Virus record (IMG/VR): IMGVR_UViG_3300042398_000319
Span: 12,947 to 76,946 of that record
Source: a virus
Strand: one strand, 5' to 3'
Length of the DNA: 64,000 nt
Shown: positions 48,329-57,745 of the stretch, in pieces
Position numbering within the stretch: position 1 is the first letter of the stretch
Layout: every line of letters begins with the position of its first letter
Program-made: the position numbers and the translations under genes
Notes under the pieces: generated by a model
Databases searched by the model: none
The model's input: only the letters and a program-made list of their open reading frames with translations
What the model was told of the DNA's origin: nothing

Positions 48329-51300
48329 ATGCCAACACCAATTAATACAGATCTTTATGATCGTATTATACAACACTTGGCTGATACAAGGCTATACGAG
48401 GCGGAAACCTCTACTAATGTAAGTAGGGGCATCCGTAGACATCAAAAAAGACTTAGAGATTTACTAAAGTCTAATATTAAAGCTGATGTTAAACCAGAAG
48501 TTACAAGGGCTACTCGTGAATTACACATGATAGTTGATAACTCTGTTACTGATTATGCAGGAGCAGCAGTTAACTTCCATTCTAATAACCTAGATAGAAG
48601 TGCAGGTAACTTTTTTAGGGTTCAAAGGCCTAGAGCTAGTGACGCTATTCCTAAACTAATTGGACCTAATATCAGTGCCTCTAAAACACTTAGAGAACAT
48701 TTTGATACAATTGGTACAGCTGAATTAGCTAGAATTGATGGAAAAATTAAGTTAGGCCTGGCTGATGGTAAATCAACTAAACAAATCTTGGATGAGGTAA
48801 TTCGTACTACTGCGCTTACTGAAGTACAGGCTAAGGTTCTTGTTAGAACAGCAATTACCAATACTCAATCTACTGCAATGAATTTAGTAATGAGTCGTAA
48901 TGAAGAGCTATTAATTGGTTACAGATTTACTGCTGTTCTTGACAATCGTACTTCTCCTATTTGTGCACACCACGATGGTCAGGTATATAAGATTAATGAT
49001 TTAAGGTTTAGGCCCCCACTTCACTGGAACTGTCGTAGTTCTATGGTTCCTATTCTAAAGAATAAAGAACAACTACTAAAATCTCTTGAAGAGAAAGAGG
49101 ATAGTAGACTTAAAGCTAATAAATTAAAAGAAACAAATCCAACATTACTTGATGGTAACCCACCTCCAGTAGAAACCTATAGTATTTGGCTTAAACGTCA
49201 ACCTATGGCTGTGCAGGTTAAGCATTTAGGCAGTGAAGAAAAAGCTGGACTTTTACAGAAAGGTGCACTAGAGGTAAAGGCGTTTACTACTGCTAAAGGT
49301 CAACAGCTAAGTATTGCGGCATTAAGAAAGCTTGATAATGCAAGAACACTGTGGTTTCCAACTAGACAAACTGCTGTATCTAAGGCTGAAGAAAACTTAT
49401 TTCAGCTTAATGTAGCTAGACCTAATGAGTTACTACGAAATACAGAGGCTCAAAGACAATTAAGAGAGATGTATATAGCTGACTCAGATAATGTGGCTCA
49501 AGCTATTTCTTTGACAGACTATCGTGGTACTACACTAGCAGGTAAACGATCAGTTAGGATTAGATCTAACAATGAGTTTGATGAACGTAACAATAGCTTT
49601 GATCCATTTACTGGTGAACAAAGTTCTACACTATTGTATGATCCTGACTATATTACACTTCAAGAACGACTTGACTTTGTTAAGAACTCAAAGGCTTTAT
49701 CACAAGATCAAAAAGTTTGGATCAGAGACTTTGTGGAGAGTCTTGATGAGTCAGTATCTGTTAATCAACAAACCGCTGTAGCTGAAAATCTTCGTGTTGT
49801 GTTTGAACGATACAACAATAACAAAGAACCTTGGGTTAACTTCATGAACGTTGTTCGTGGAGAGATGCAGTACTCTGTTGTTAATACTAGTCGTATTCTT
49901 GATCGTAGGTCTAGAGCTAGATCTCAACAGTTTGACTCTTATGGGGTTGCCGGTGAGCCAGCTAAAGTCCAGATCTTTGGTAGATACTACACGTTTGATG
50001 AAATTACAAATAACACACTGTTAAACCAAAGATATAAAGAATCATGGGAAACTCGTCTTGGTAGACCTCTAGCCCGTAGACTTCTTTACACTGGACGTAC
50101 CCCTCTTTATACATGGTTTAGAGGTCCGCTAACTAGGGATACAAAATCTTTTAGTAAACGACTTGAAACATTTGTCAGAGAAGAAATTCCGGGTGGAGCT
50201 TTATGGCTAGATCGTAATAAACCAAAAGAAGGTTTAATTGCACAGTTTATTAGAGAAAAGAAAGAAAGCTGGAGAAGAATTCTAGATTTAGAATTTTTGT
50301 ACAAAGGTAATAAACAAAGTTATCTACAGCAATATATTGAAAACAAAACAAATGATAAGTTTATTGTTGATGCATTATCAAGGGTAATTAGCGTTGTAGC
50401 AGATGGTAAATCTACTGACTATGACACATTGGCAATTAACATTGGTAAAGAACTAAGAAGCAACTGGAAGTATCCAGAGTTTCCTTTCTTTAAATCAACA
50501 TTAAAAGATTATCATGAGGATGGCTCACAAATTTTAACTGCGTTAAGAGACTCAGGTTATATTAGAGTAGTTAAAAGAGGTAAGACGAGAAGATCAGTTG
50601 TAGACCTAGAGACAGGTCGTGCAAGTGGTCCGTGGAGGGATACTATCAGCCGTGAAGTTCAAATTCTAAATAAAGATATGCTTGATCTTCAACGGGTTAA
50701 TAGGTCATTGATTGTAAGTCAACGTATAGGTATTGTAAACGATAGAGACCGACTCTTTGTTAGGCCTGGACAGAAAACTTATTTTGATGCTAGAGGTAGA
50801 AATACTGGGATCCCTATTATTACCCGTAGAGCTAATGCTAACTATGATAAGATACTAATTGATAATGATTTTGCTAATATGCTTAATCATACTATGGCTA
50901 CTAAATACGAAGTTGATAATGAATATGCTGGATTCATGGAAGATGTTGTGCGCTTTAGAGATCCCCGTGGGAATGTAAAGAAGTATGATGACTTAAATGA
51001 CTTTAGAAAACTTATTTTAACTCGTGGTGATCAAGGCTATAGTTTTATACAAACTGTAAAGTATCATCGAGACAATGGAAAACCATTTAGCGTTGTTGCT
51101 AATATCGATGGTCGTGGTCGTGTATACTACCAAGGCTTCTTAACACCTACTGGTGGTGAAGTTGTTCGTCCATTCTTAAATACTGTTAAAGCAGAGGCTG
51201 TTACACCTGAGATTGTTCAAGAGTTAATGATTCAAACTGGTTCCATGATTGGTCCAGCTACTGAAGCGTTAACACAAGCAGGTCGTATGGAAATCTTTAT

Positions 51301-52750
51301 GAGGAATCAAAAAGAAGTTCTTAGCTTAGGTAGATTAATGAGAGAAACAACACAACGTGATAGACGTATTAGAGAGTTCTTAGAACATCCTTTAATTAGA
51401 GCGCAAGATGCTGAAGAGATTCCAAAGATCTCTAGACTAGCTATTGAGTATGCTCGGATATATGATCATGTTGGTGGCGACTTTACTAATACTAAAAAGT
51501 TAGCGACATATAAAACAAAACTAATGATTGAGAATGATGCTTCATCTTCTGGTGCTCAAATCATTGGATTAAGTACTGGGGATAGGGATATTTCAATCAA
51601 CTCAAATGTATTACCTACATTACAAAAGAATCGTTTGTATGACTTGGTAGCTATGGATACAGTGTCTGATCCAGAGTTCCAAAAGATACAGGGATTAAGA
51701 GATGCCAATATTCAGTGGACTGATTTGCAAAAAGCAGCTAAGGCACAGAATATGGTTTCTTTCTATGGTGCAGGTAAGGCAACACAAGCAGCTAATATTG
51801 AAGCTAAATTTGCTTCAGTGTTAGAGACAAAAGGATATACTGTTGTTACCCGTGAAGAACTTCGTGGAGTAACTAATATTATAGATGCAAAGATCAAAGA
51901 AGCAGATAAGCTAGGAGCTGACAATGTTGTATTTGGTCTCAAACAATTAAAACGTGAGTTGAACGAAGTTGTTGAAGGTGAAACCTCTGTGGGGCAAGAA
52001 CTTTTAGCACACGCTCGTGATTCTCACCCAGACGTAGAAGCGTTTGTCGATAAGTTAATGAATGCTCGTAAAGGACTAATTGGTCCTCAAGACTTTAAAG
52101 CAGTATCAGAGATTATGTCTCGGAGACTAGCTGAGAGAGCACCAGTAACTCAAAAGTTCGTACAATTCTGGAAAGAAGCTGCTAAAGCTTACGTTGATGA
52201 AACTCAAAAGGTCGATGTGCCTTGGGTAACATTTGATGGTAAGACTTTATACCAGAGATACAGACCTAAAATCCAAACTAGCATTGAATTCTTTGATAAA
52301 GAAGCTGGTAGGATGGTCCGTAACATTTACGAAGATCGAGCAGAAGATGCTTCACTTCTTGGAAAATCAAGCCTGATGAGGGCAGGTATTGGCATGGGGG
52401 TTAATGGTAACCACATGAACGATGCTACTATTGTAAGAAGATTCCACTTATGGGGTCGTAAAAATGGTGTTGAAACCGCAACTATTCATGATGCGTTCTT
52501 CACAAACATCGGACTTGCAGCAAAGTCCAAAGCAGCCCTTAGAGAAATCTATGCGGATGCTTTAGAAGGTGACACAATAGAGAAAACATTACTGGCACTG
52601 AAGACTGAAGGTCTGTCTAACAAGACATACAAACAGCTTCGCCAAAAGGCTATTGAGGATGGCTTAATTAATCCTCGCAACAAAATTACGAGAAAAGATA
52701 TACTAGCTCCTATACCTAAAGGTATGGATTGGTATGGTATTGGACCGTAA
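48329..52750 (+). CDS. MuF / SPP1 gp7-like minor head protein fused to a T7-family RNA polymerase (RNAP-2, putative virion RNAP)
   Basis: N-terminal LVRTA...FTAVLDNRTSPICAHHDG...PPLHWNCRS (MuF). C-terminal DGRGRVY, motif A ENDASSSGAQ, motif B KAQNMVSFYG, NGNHMNDA, motif C TIHDAF. Confidence 0.9.
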   Translation: MPTPINTDLYDRIIQHLADTRLYEAETSTNVSRGIRRHQKRLRDLLKSNIKADVKPEVTRATRELHMIVDNSVTDYAGAAVNFHSNNLDRSAGNFFRVQRPRASDAIPKLIGPNISASKTLREHFDTIGTAELARIDGKIKLGLADGKSTKQILDEVIRTTALTEVQAKVLVRTAITNTQSTAMNLVMSRNEELLIGYRFTAVLDNRTSPICAHHDGQVYKINDLRFRPPLHWNCRSSMVPILKNKEQLLKSLEEKEDSRLKANKLKETNPTLLDGNPPPVETYSIWLKRQPMAVQVKHLGSEEKAGLLQKGALEVKAFTTAKGQQLSIAALRKLDNARTLWFPTRQTAVSKAEENLFQLNVARPNELLRNTEAQRQLREMYIADSDNVAQAISLTDYRGTTLAGKRSVRIRSNNEFDERNNSFDPFTGEQSSTLLYDPDYITLQERLDFVKNSKALSQDQKVWIRDFVESLDESVSVNQQTAVAENLRVVFERYNNNKEPWVNFMNVVRGEMQYSVVNTSRILDRRSRARSQQFDSYGVAGEPAKVQIFGRYYTFDEITNNTLLNQRYKESWETRLGRPLARRLLYTGRTPLYTWFRGPLTRDTKSFSKRLETFVREEIPGGALWLDRNKPKEGLIAQFIREKKESWRRILDLEFLYKGNKQSYLQQYIENKTNDKFIVDALSRVISVVADGKSTDYDTLAINIGKELRSNWKYPEFPFFKSTLKDYHEDGSQILTALRDSGYIRVVKRGKTRRSVVDLETGRASGPWRDTISREVQILNKDMLDLQRVNRSLIVSQRIGIVNDRDRLFVRPGQKTYFDARGRNTGIPIITRRANANYDKILIDNDFANMLNHTMATKYEVDNEYAGFMEDVVRFRDPRGNVKKYDDLNDFRKLILTRGDQGYSFIQTVKYHRDNGKPFSVVANIDGRGRVYYQGFLTPTGGEVVRPFLNTVKAEAVTPEIVQELMIQTGSMIGPATEALTQAGRMEIFMRNQKEVLSLGRLMRETTQRDRRIREFLEHPLIRAQDAEEIPKISRLAIEYARIYDHVGGDFTNTKKLATYKTKLMIENDASSSGAQIIGLSTGDRDISINSNVLPTLQKNRLYDLVAMDTVSDPEFQKIQGLRDANIQWTDLQKAAKAQNMVSFYGAGKATQAANIEAKFASVLETKGYTVVTREELRGVTNIIDAKIKEADKLGADNVVFGLKQLKRELNEVVEGETSVGQELLAHARDSHPDVEAFVDKLMNARKGLIGPQDFKAVSEIMSRRLAERAPVTQKFVQFWKEAAKAYVDETQKVDVPWVTFDGKTLYQRYRPKIQTSIEFFDKEAGRMVRNIYEDRAEDASLLGKSSLMRAGIGMGVNGNHMNDATIVRRFHLWGRKNGVETATIHDAFFTNIGLAAKSKAALREIYADALEGDTIEKTLLALKTEGLSNKTYKQLRQKAIEDGLINPRNKITRKDILAPIPKGMDWYGIGP

Positions 52751-52816
52751 GAGTTTAAGTTTGTAACTAAACCCTAAAAAATTAAAATTAAATGGCTGTG
52801 CCAAAGGAAAACAAAG

Positions 52817-53512
52817 ATGAAAGTAGATAAGTTCGGAAACAAAGAGTTCCTCGATGATGGTACCACACCTAACCCAGAGTTTCAAGCCGATCAGGTTGAT
52901 ACTGGTGGAGGCGGTGCTAGTAATAAAGAGACAGAAGACATGATCAATCGTTTGGTTGAAGAGCGTCTTGCTAAAGTCAAACAAAGTTTAGATAAAGCAT
53001 ACCAAGAGCGTGATGCTGCCGTAAGGGAGCGTGTTCGTTTAGAAGATGAAGCTAAACAACGTAAGATGAAGTCTTTAGAGGACGAAGGTAAGCATAAAGA
53101 AGTTGCCGAGATGAAGCTCGCAGAACTCACTGAGAAGCTTGCGTTGGCCGAAAGCAAAGTAACTGAACTCACTAGAGATGGTGCAGTTCGTAATGCATTA
53201 ACTAACCTTGATTTCCGTAATGACCGATCTAGTCAAATGGCTTATCGTGATATTATCGATCAACTCATCCAAGATCCAGAGACTGGTGCATGGATTCATA
53301 AATCAGGTGTATCAATCAAAGATTTTGTAGGACAATATGTGAAGAATGAAGATAATTCCTTCCTATTTAAACCTAAATCTAATTCAGGGGGTGGTAGTAA
53401 CAATATGAACGGTACTCCCAAACTCGATCCCAACAAGAAGATTACTGAAATGACCACTGAAGAAGTGTTAGCACTTGCTGCAGGTGGAAAGCTTGGTAGC
53501 TTCACCTTTTAA
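52817..53512 (+). CDS. Capsid scaffolding protein
   Basis: Coiled coil; FLFKPKSNSGGGS; immediately upstream of the major capsid gene. Confidence 0.8.
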   Translation: MKVDKFGNKEFLDDGTTPNPEFQADQVDTGGGGASNKETEDMINRLVEERLAKVKQSLDKAYQERDAAVRERVRLEDEAKQRKMKSLEDEGKHKEVAEMKLAELTEKLALAESKVTELTRDGAVRNALTNLDFRNDRSSQMAYRDIIDQLIQDPETGAWIHKSGVSIKDFVGQYVKNEDNSFLFKPKSNSGGGSNNMNGTPKLDPNKKITEMTTEEVLALAAGGKLGSFTF

Positions 53513-53531
53513 AATCACAGGAGATTTTTAA

Positions 53532-54623
53532 ATGATTAATCATACAATGTTCCAAAACGTAGCTATTGCTATTTCTGCATATGCTGACGAAATGTACACA
53601 ACTGCCAAGAAGCTTAACAGCACTGGTATCGTTGGTACTGATGCCCGTATTGACCCAACAGGCGAGAGCTTTATTGGTCAAATGCGCTGGTACAAGCCTT
53701 TGGCAGCTAACATTAACGTTGCTAGCCTCTCTGTCGCCAATGCAGGTACTTACACTGACGTGTCTACCGAAATTGCTGACTACATTAAGACAGTTCGTAC
53801 CTTCGGTTCTGAGCAAGTTAACCTCCAACAAGTTGTTTCACAACAAGATGGTCTCTCTAAAATTGCTCGTGATTTCTCTGAAGTTCGTAGCCAAGACGAG
53901 TCTGATGCCGTTGTTGCTACCCTCAAGGGTGTAGCTGCATACGAAGTAGCTCGTGGTGCTGGTATCGTTGGTTATGACACCGATGCTGATGGTGCTACAA
54001 CTGGTAACTTCGTAGATATTAATGCTGCTGGTACTTTTGGTGCTGCGGCTACCTCTGCATCTGATCAGCGTAAGTTGTTTGATGCTACAGCTATTGGTGC
54101 TGCTCGTGGCCAGCGTTTGTTCCAAGCTCTGGGTATGGCATTCAAGGACTATGAGCCAGACTTTATGTACATGATCACTTCACCAGAAGTGTTGGCTGAA
54201 CTCCGTGCCGCTAACTTGGTTGATGTTACAACTGTTACCGACGGTAACTTGACATTCCAAACCGTGTTCGGTGGTAAATTCCGTTTGATCTTGAGCCGTG
54301 TTGCTCAGGGTGATTTGTCTGCTTCTGCTAACGTGAATGACCGTTCTACAAAGACTACATTCATCTGCAAGCCAGGTGCTATCAGCTTTACAAACATTGC
54401 TGTTCCTACACCTGTTGAAGTTGATCGTTCAGCTGCCTCTTACACTGGTGGTGGTTCTACCGCTATCTGGTATCGTTATGGTTTCGTTGTGCACCCAATG
54501 GGTTACGACTGGGCTGGCGCTACCAATGCCTTTGCTAGCAATGCTAACTATGCTACTGCTGGTTCATGGGCACGTAAAATGAGCGCATTGAACTTGGGTA
54601 TTCTGCCTATTCTCCACGCTTAA
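53532..54623 (+). CDS. Major capsid protein
   Basis: 363 aa after the scaffold; strongly biased codon usage; PVEVDR...GGG...HPMGYDW coat-protein pattern. Confidence 0.88.
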   Translation: MINHTMFQNVAIAISAYADEMYTTAKKLNSTGIVGTDARIDPTGESFIGQMRWYKPLAANINVASLSVANAGTYTDVSTEIADYIKTVRTFGSEQVNLQQVVSQQDGLSKIARDFSEVRSQDESDAVVATLKGVAAYEVARGAGIVGYDTDADGATTGNFVDINAAGTFGAAATSASDQRKLFDATAIGAARGQRLFQALGMAFKDYEPDFMYMITSPEVLAELRAANLVDVTTVTDGNLTFQTVFGGKFRLILSRVAQGDLSASANVNDRSTKTTFICKPGAISFTNIAVPTPVEVDRSAASYTGGGSTAIWYRYGFVVHPMGYDWAGATNAFASNANYATAGSWARKMSALNLGILPILHA

Positions 54624-54640
54624 TCCATTAGGAGGAACTG

Positions 54641-55138
54641 ATGGCACTAGTCCTAGGTACAAACACATATGTAACTATGGTCGAAGCTGATGCATACTTT
54701 GATACTCGCATTGATGCGGGTGCATGGTTAAATGCTCAGGATGACGATCAGGAGTCAGCATTAGTGACCGCAACTCTTTTACTTGATGAAAATCAATTTA
54801 TTGGTGTTGCTGTCAGTTCCACACAGAGTCTTGCTTGGCCTCGTAAAGGGGCCTCAACTTTTGATCCTAGATTAGGACAGAGTATTACTTATAGTGAATC
54901 TGAAATTCCTAAAAGAATGAAACAAGCTGTTTTGGAGATGGCTTATCATTTGTTGTCTAATGAAAATTTGTTAGATAATAAATCTCAAAACTTTGAAGAA
55001 ATTTCTATCGGTACAATTACATTGAAAGATAGTAATAATGACACGACTAGAACTCCAGTAGTTCCTAATCTTGTCAGAAAATACCTAAAACCACTCTTAG
55101 TAAATCAAGGTTCTACTCAATGGTGGAGGGCGAATTAA
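54641..55138 (+). CDS. Head-tail adaptor (DnaT-like family)
   Basis: NTYVTMVEADAYF...QSLAWPR...IPKRMKQAVLEMA. Confidence 0.75.
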   Translation: MALVLGTNTYVTMVEADAYFDTRIDAGAWLNAQDDDQESALVTATLLLDENQFIGVAVSSTQSLAWPRKGASTFDPRLGQSITYSESEIPKRMKQAVLEMAYHLLSNENLLDNKSQNFEEISIGTITLKDSNNDTTRTPVVPNLVRKYLKPLLVNQGSTQWWRAN

Positions 55139-55483
55139 ATGTCTCTCAAATCAAAAGTACAAGGATCCGTAGATACTGCCTTTGAAAAATTAAAAGATCT
55201 ATCTGTATCTGTTACTTTTGACAATAAAATCGTTAGTGGATTTAGCTTTAGCTCTGGCTCAATAATTAAGACAGATGAGACTTATACAACCTTTGGTTTT
55301 TTAAGTACATCTAAAACTTATGAAGCTGGAATACCTGTGACAACAACATCTCTTACAATTAAGAATGATAATACAATTAATTTTAGTCGTTACTCTAGGG
55401 TAACAATTAATTCCGTTCAATACGGTTGTAATATTATTTCAAAAGATGAGTTCATTGTTGTACTCTCTTTAGCGGGAGTCTAA
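55139..55483 (+). CDS. Putative head closure protein
   Basis: Size and synteny. Confidence 0.5.
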   Translation: MSLKSKVQGSVDTAFEKLKDLSVSVTFDNKIVSGFSFSSGSIIKTDETYTTFGFLSTSKTYEAGIPVTTTSLTIKNDNTINFSRYSRVTINSVQYGCNIISKDEFIVVLSLAGV

Positions 55484-55484
55484 C

Positions 55485-55886
55485 ATGTATAATAAACTAA
55501 GAGCCGACATCTATGGAGTATTTGCTTCAACACCTTGGATTGCTACTACATATAAGACATACCCTGATAATTACAGTGGAGCTATTGATAGTTCTACTTC
55601 ATTTATTAGAGTATCTATATTACCTGGTAATTCAACAGTTGATGCTCATGGTCTTAAGAAGAAATTCTCTGGAATGCTAATTCTTTCGATCTTTGTTAAA
55701 GCAGGAAACGGTGATACTGAACTGTTCAATATTGCTGATTCAATAGACTCATTTTTCCAAGGAAAGACTTTGGCAAATGGAACCCAATTTGGTACAAGCT
55801 CTTTAATGAAGCTTGGCCTTGATCCCGCAGATAAATCTCTTTATCGTGGTGATTATTCAATAAATTTTAAAGCTTATGGAGATTAA
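55485..55886 (+). CDS. Putative tail terminator / completion protein
   Basis: Size and synteny; GMLILSIFVKAGNG pattern. Confidence 0.6.
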   Translation: MYNKLRADIYGVFASTPWIATTYKTYPDNYSGAIDSSTSFIRVSILPGNSTVDAHGLKKKFSGMLILSIFVKAGNGDTELFNIADSIDSFFQGKTLANGTQFGTSSLMKLGLDPADKSLYRGDYSINFKAYGD

Positions 55887-55891
55887 ATAAC

Positions 55892-56443
55892 ATGGCACAT
55901 ATTACATCAATTGGCGCTGGTATCTATTCTGCTCTTGCAGTTAATACTACCGCTATTACTTCTACTACTGCAGTTGATACACTTGCAGAATTGGTAGCAT
56001 TGTTTGCTGATGATACAGCATTCAAAGAAGTCAAAAACGTTCGTGAGTTCCCACAGATTGGTACTCCTGCTAACATCGTCAACGTACCAGTTTATGGTTC
56101 TAAGACATCACAGCAGATTCAAGGTCAATCTGACGCTCCTAACTTGGAAGTGACAATTAACTACATTCCTTCCGAGTGGGATCCTACCACTGTTGGTGGT
56201 CTGGGTGCTAAAGTTGGTGACGGTAAGCAGTATGCTTTCCAGTTCTCCCTCTTGAACTCTAAGCCAGCTAGCCTTGAGACCAATGCTACTGGTTTGGGCG
56301 CTACTGCCAACTCTAACTTCTACTTCGTTGGTAAGTTGGAAGCTTTGTTGGTGAGCCCACAGTTGACTGATGCTAACCAAGCAACTTTGACTCTGTCTAT
56401 TCAGAGCGAGTTCTTTGGTCCAGCTACTGTTGCTGCGGTCTAA
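55892..56443 (+). CDS. Major tail (tube) protein
   Basis: VREFPQIGTPANIVNVPVYG...QIQGQSDA; biased codon usage; followed by a terminator. Confidence 0.8.
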   Translation: MAHITSIGAGIYSALAVNTTAITSTTAVDTLAELVALFADDTAFKEVKNVREFPQIGTPANIVNVPVYGSKTSQQIQGQSDAPNLEVTINYIPSEWDPTTVGGLGAKVGDGKQYAFQFSLLNSKPASLETNATGLGATANSNFYFVGKLEALLVSPQLTDANQATLTLSIQSEFFGPATVAAV

Positions 56444-56450
56444 TTAACTT

Positions 56451-56471
56451 AGGAGGGTAATTCCTCCTTTT
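56451..56471 (+). terminator. Intrinsic terminator after the tail tube gene
   Basis: AGGAGG-gtaatt-CCTCCT-TTT. Confidence 0.65.
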
Positions 56472-56488
56472 ACCGGGGGACGCTAAAG
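56472..56488 (+). promoter_or_regulatory. Putative phage RNAP promoter (class B)
   Basis: ACCGGGGGACGCTAAAG directly after the terminator. Confidence 0.75.
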
Positions 56489-56537
56489 AGAGATCTGAGG
56501 CCTCCCCTAGGTAGTATTAATAGTATTAAGGATAATT

Positions 56538-56783
56538 ATGGTTGATAATAAAGAAGATAAACCACCATTCAGTAAATCATTTGTTATGAAGACTACATTT
56601 CGTCATATGAGACGTAGTGTTGATATTAGTATTCGTAAATCATTTGAAAGGTTTCAAGACTTTGATAAAGATAGCGAAGTAGGAAAAGAGATTATGGAGA
56701 CACTATCTGTGCTACATACAGTACGTAAAGTTCTAGATGATTTTCAAGAAAATAATAAACATCTATTCATTGATAATAAGTAA
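56538..56783 (+). CDS. Hypothetical protein
   Basis: AAGGA RBS. Confidence 0.6.
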   Translation: MVDNKEDKPPFSKSFVMKTTFRHMRRSVDISIRKSFERFQDFDKDSEVGKEIMETLSVLHTVRKVLDDFQENNKHLFIDNK

Positions 56784-56794
56784 AAAGGAAAAAT

Positions 56795-57085
56795 ATGAAA
56801 CATTTAGTTGGTAAAAAGATTAGTAAAAAAGTAGACTTCATGGGCGATAAAGTTGAGATTAAAAAGCTCACAGTCAAAGAAGTTCTAGATATCCAAGAGG
56901 CTACAAAGAATACCTCTGAGGATGATCAGGTTAACACGCTTCGTGTGATTATTCGTTCAGCTGTAGTTGGAGCTGATGAATTGTCAGATGAAGATATTGC
57001 AACATTTCCACTAGAAGAGCTAACATCACTCTCAGCAGAGATTGTTAAGTATTCTGGTATGGTAGGGCCAGCCGAGGGAAACTAA
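56795..57085 (+). CDS. Tail assembly chaperone (gpG-like)
   Basis: Between tail tube and tape measure genes; ends in the slippery sequence G GGA AAC TAA. Confidence 0.75.
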   Translation: MKHLVGKKISKKVDFMGDKVEIKKLTVKEVLDIQEATKNTSEDDQVNTLRVIIRSAVVGADELSDEDIATFPLEELTSLSAEIVKYSGMVGPAEGN

Positions 57086-57396
57086 CCCCTGAAGAGCTGA
57101 CTGTTTATGAATTGGCATATCACTTACATATGCCTGTTTACAAAATCCTAGATGAAATGCCCTATGAGGAATTTATAGGATGGAATCAGTTCTTCGCATC
57201 AAGACCTGTAGGATGGAGAGAAGACTACCGCACATCCTTGTTGCTTAATGCGCAAGGTGTTAAAAAGAAAGGTTCTGAAATTTTTGAATCATTGAAAACT
57301 TTAGAGAGAAAATCTAAATCAGCGATTACTCCTGGTTTCTTGAAACTTCTAAAGGAAGCAAATGGTGCACAAGATTGGAATCCCACTATAGAATGA
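57076..57396 (+). CDS. Tail assembly chaperone C-terminal extension (gpT-like) reached by -1 frameshift
   Basis: The -1 frame from GGGAAAC is open (GKLTPEELTVYELAYHLH...) and continuous with ORF 57112-57396, which lacks a good start. Confidence 0.75.
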   Translation, partial: GKLTPEELTVYELAYHLHMPVYKILDEMPYEEFIGWNQFFASRPVGWREDYRTSLLLNAQGVKKKGSEIFESLKTLERKSKSAITPGFLKLLKEANGAQDWNPTIE

Positions 57397-57403
57397 GGTA
57401 ATT

Positions 57404-57739
57404 ATGAGTTTAGGCTTAAAAGTAAATTTTGATAAAGAAATCAGAAGGATTGAAAAGGAAGCTGTTAAAATAGCTGAGGGTACTATCCAAGAAAGAACAC
57501 GGTTTACTACTGAAGCATTAAAGTCAGTTACTCCTGTAGATACAGGTTATGCAGCTAGTAGGTGGAAATATGAAATGGTTAAAATAAACGGTGAACTTGT
57601 TGGTAAGATAGATAATGATGCGCCATACATTGGTATATTGAATACTGGTTATTCAAAGCAAGCACCACCATTTTTCATTGAACAAGTGCTACTTACTATT
57701 GGTGAAGTTTCGGCACCAGTAAATTTTAGCGAGAAATAA
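57404..57739 (+). CDS. HK97 gp10-like tail completion / neck protein
   Basis: TPVDTGYAASRW...NDAPYI..LNTGYSKQAP. Confidence 0.75.
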   Translation: MSLGLKVNFDKEIRRIEKEAVKIAEGTIQERTRFTTEALKSVTPVDTGYAASRWKYEMVKINGELVGKIDNDAPYIGILNTGYSKQAPPFFIEQVLLTIGEVSAPVNFSEK

Positions 57740-57745
57740 AATAAT

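Noticed and set aside
48329-52750. MuF polymorphic toxin with downstream immunity gene
   Set aside because: The C-terminal extension carries RNA polymerase motifs rather than a toxin domain, and the next gene is the scaffold.
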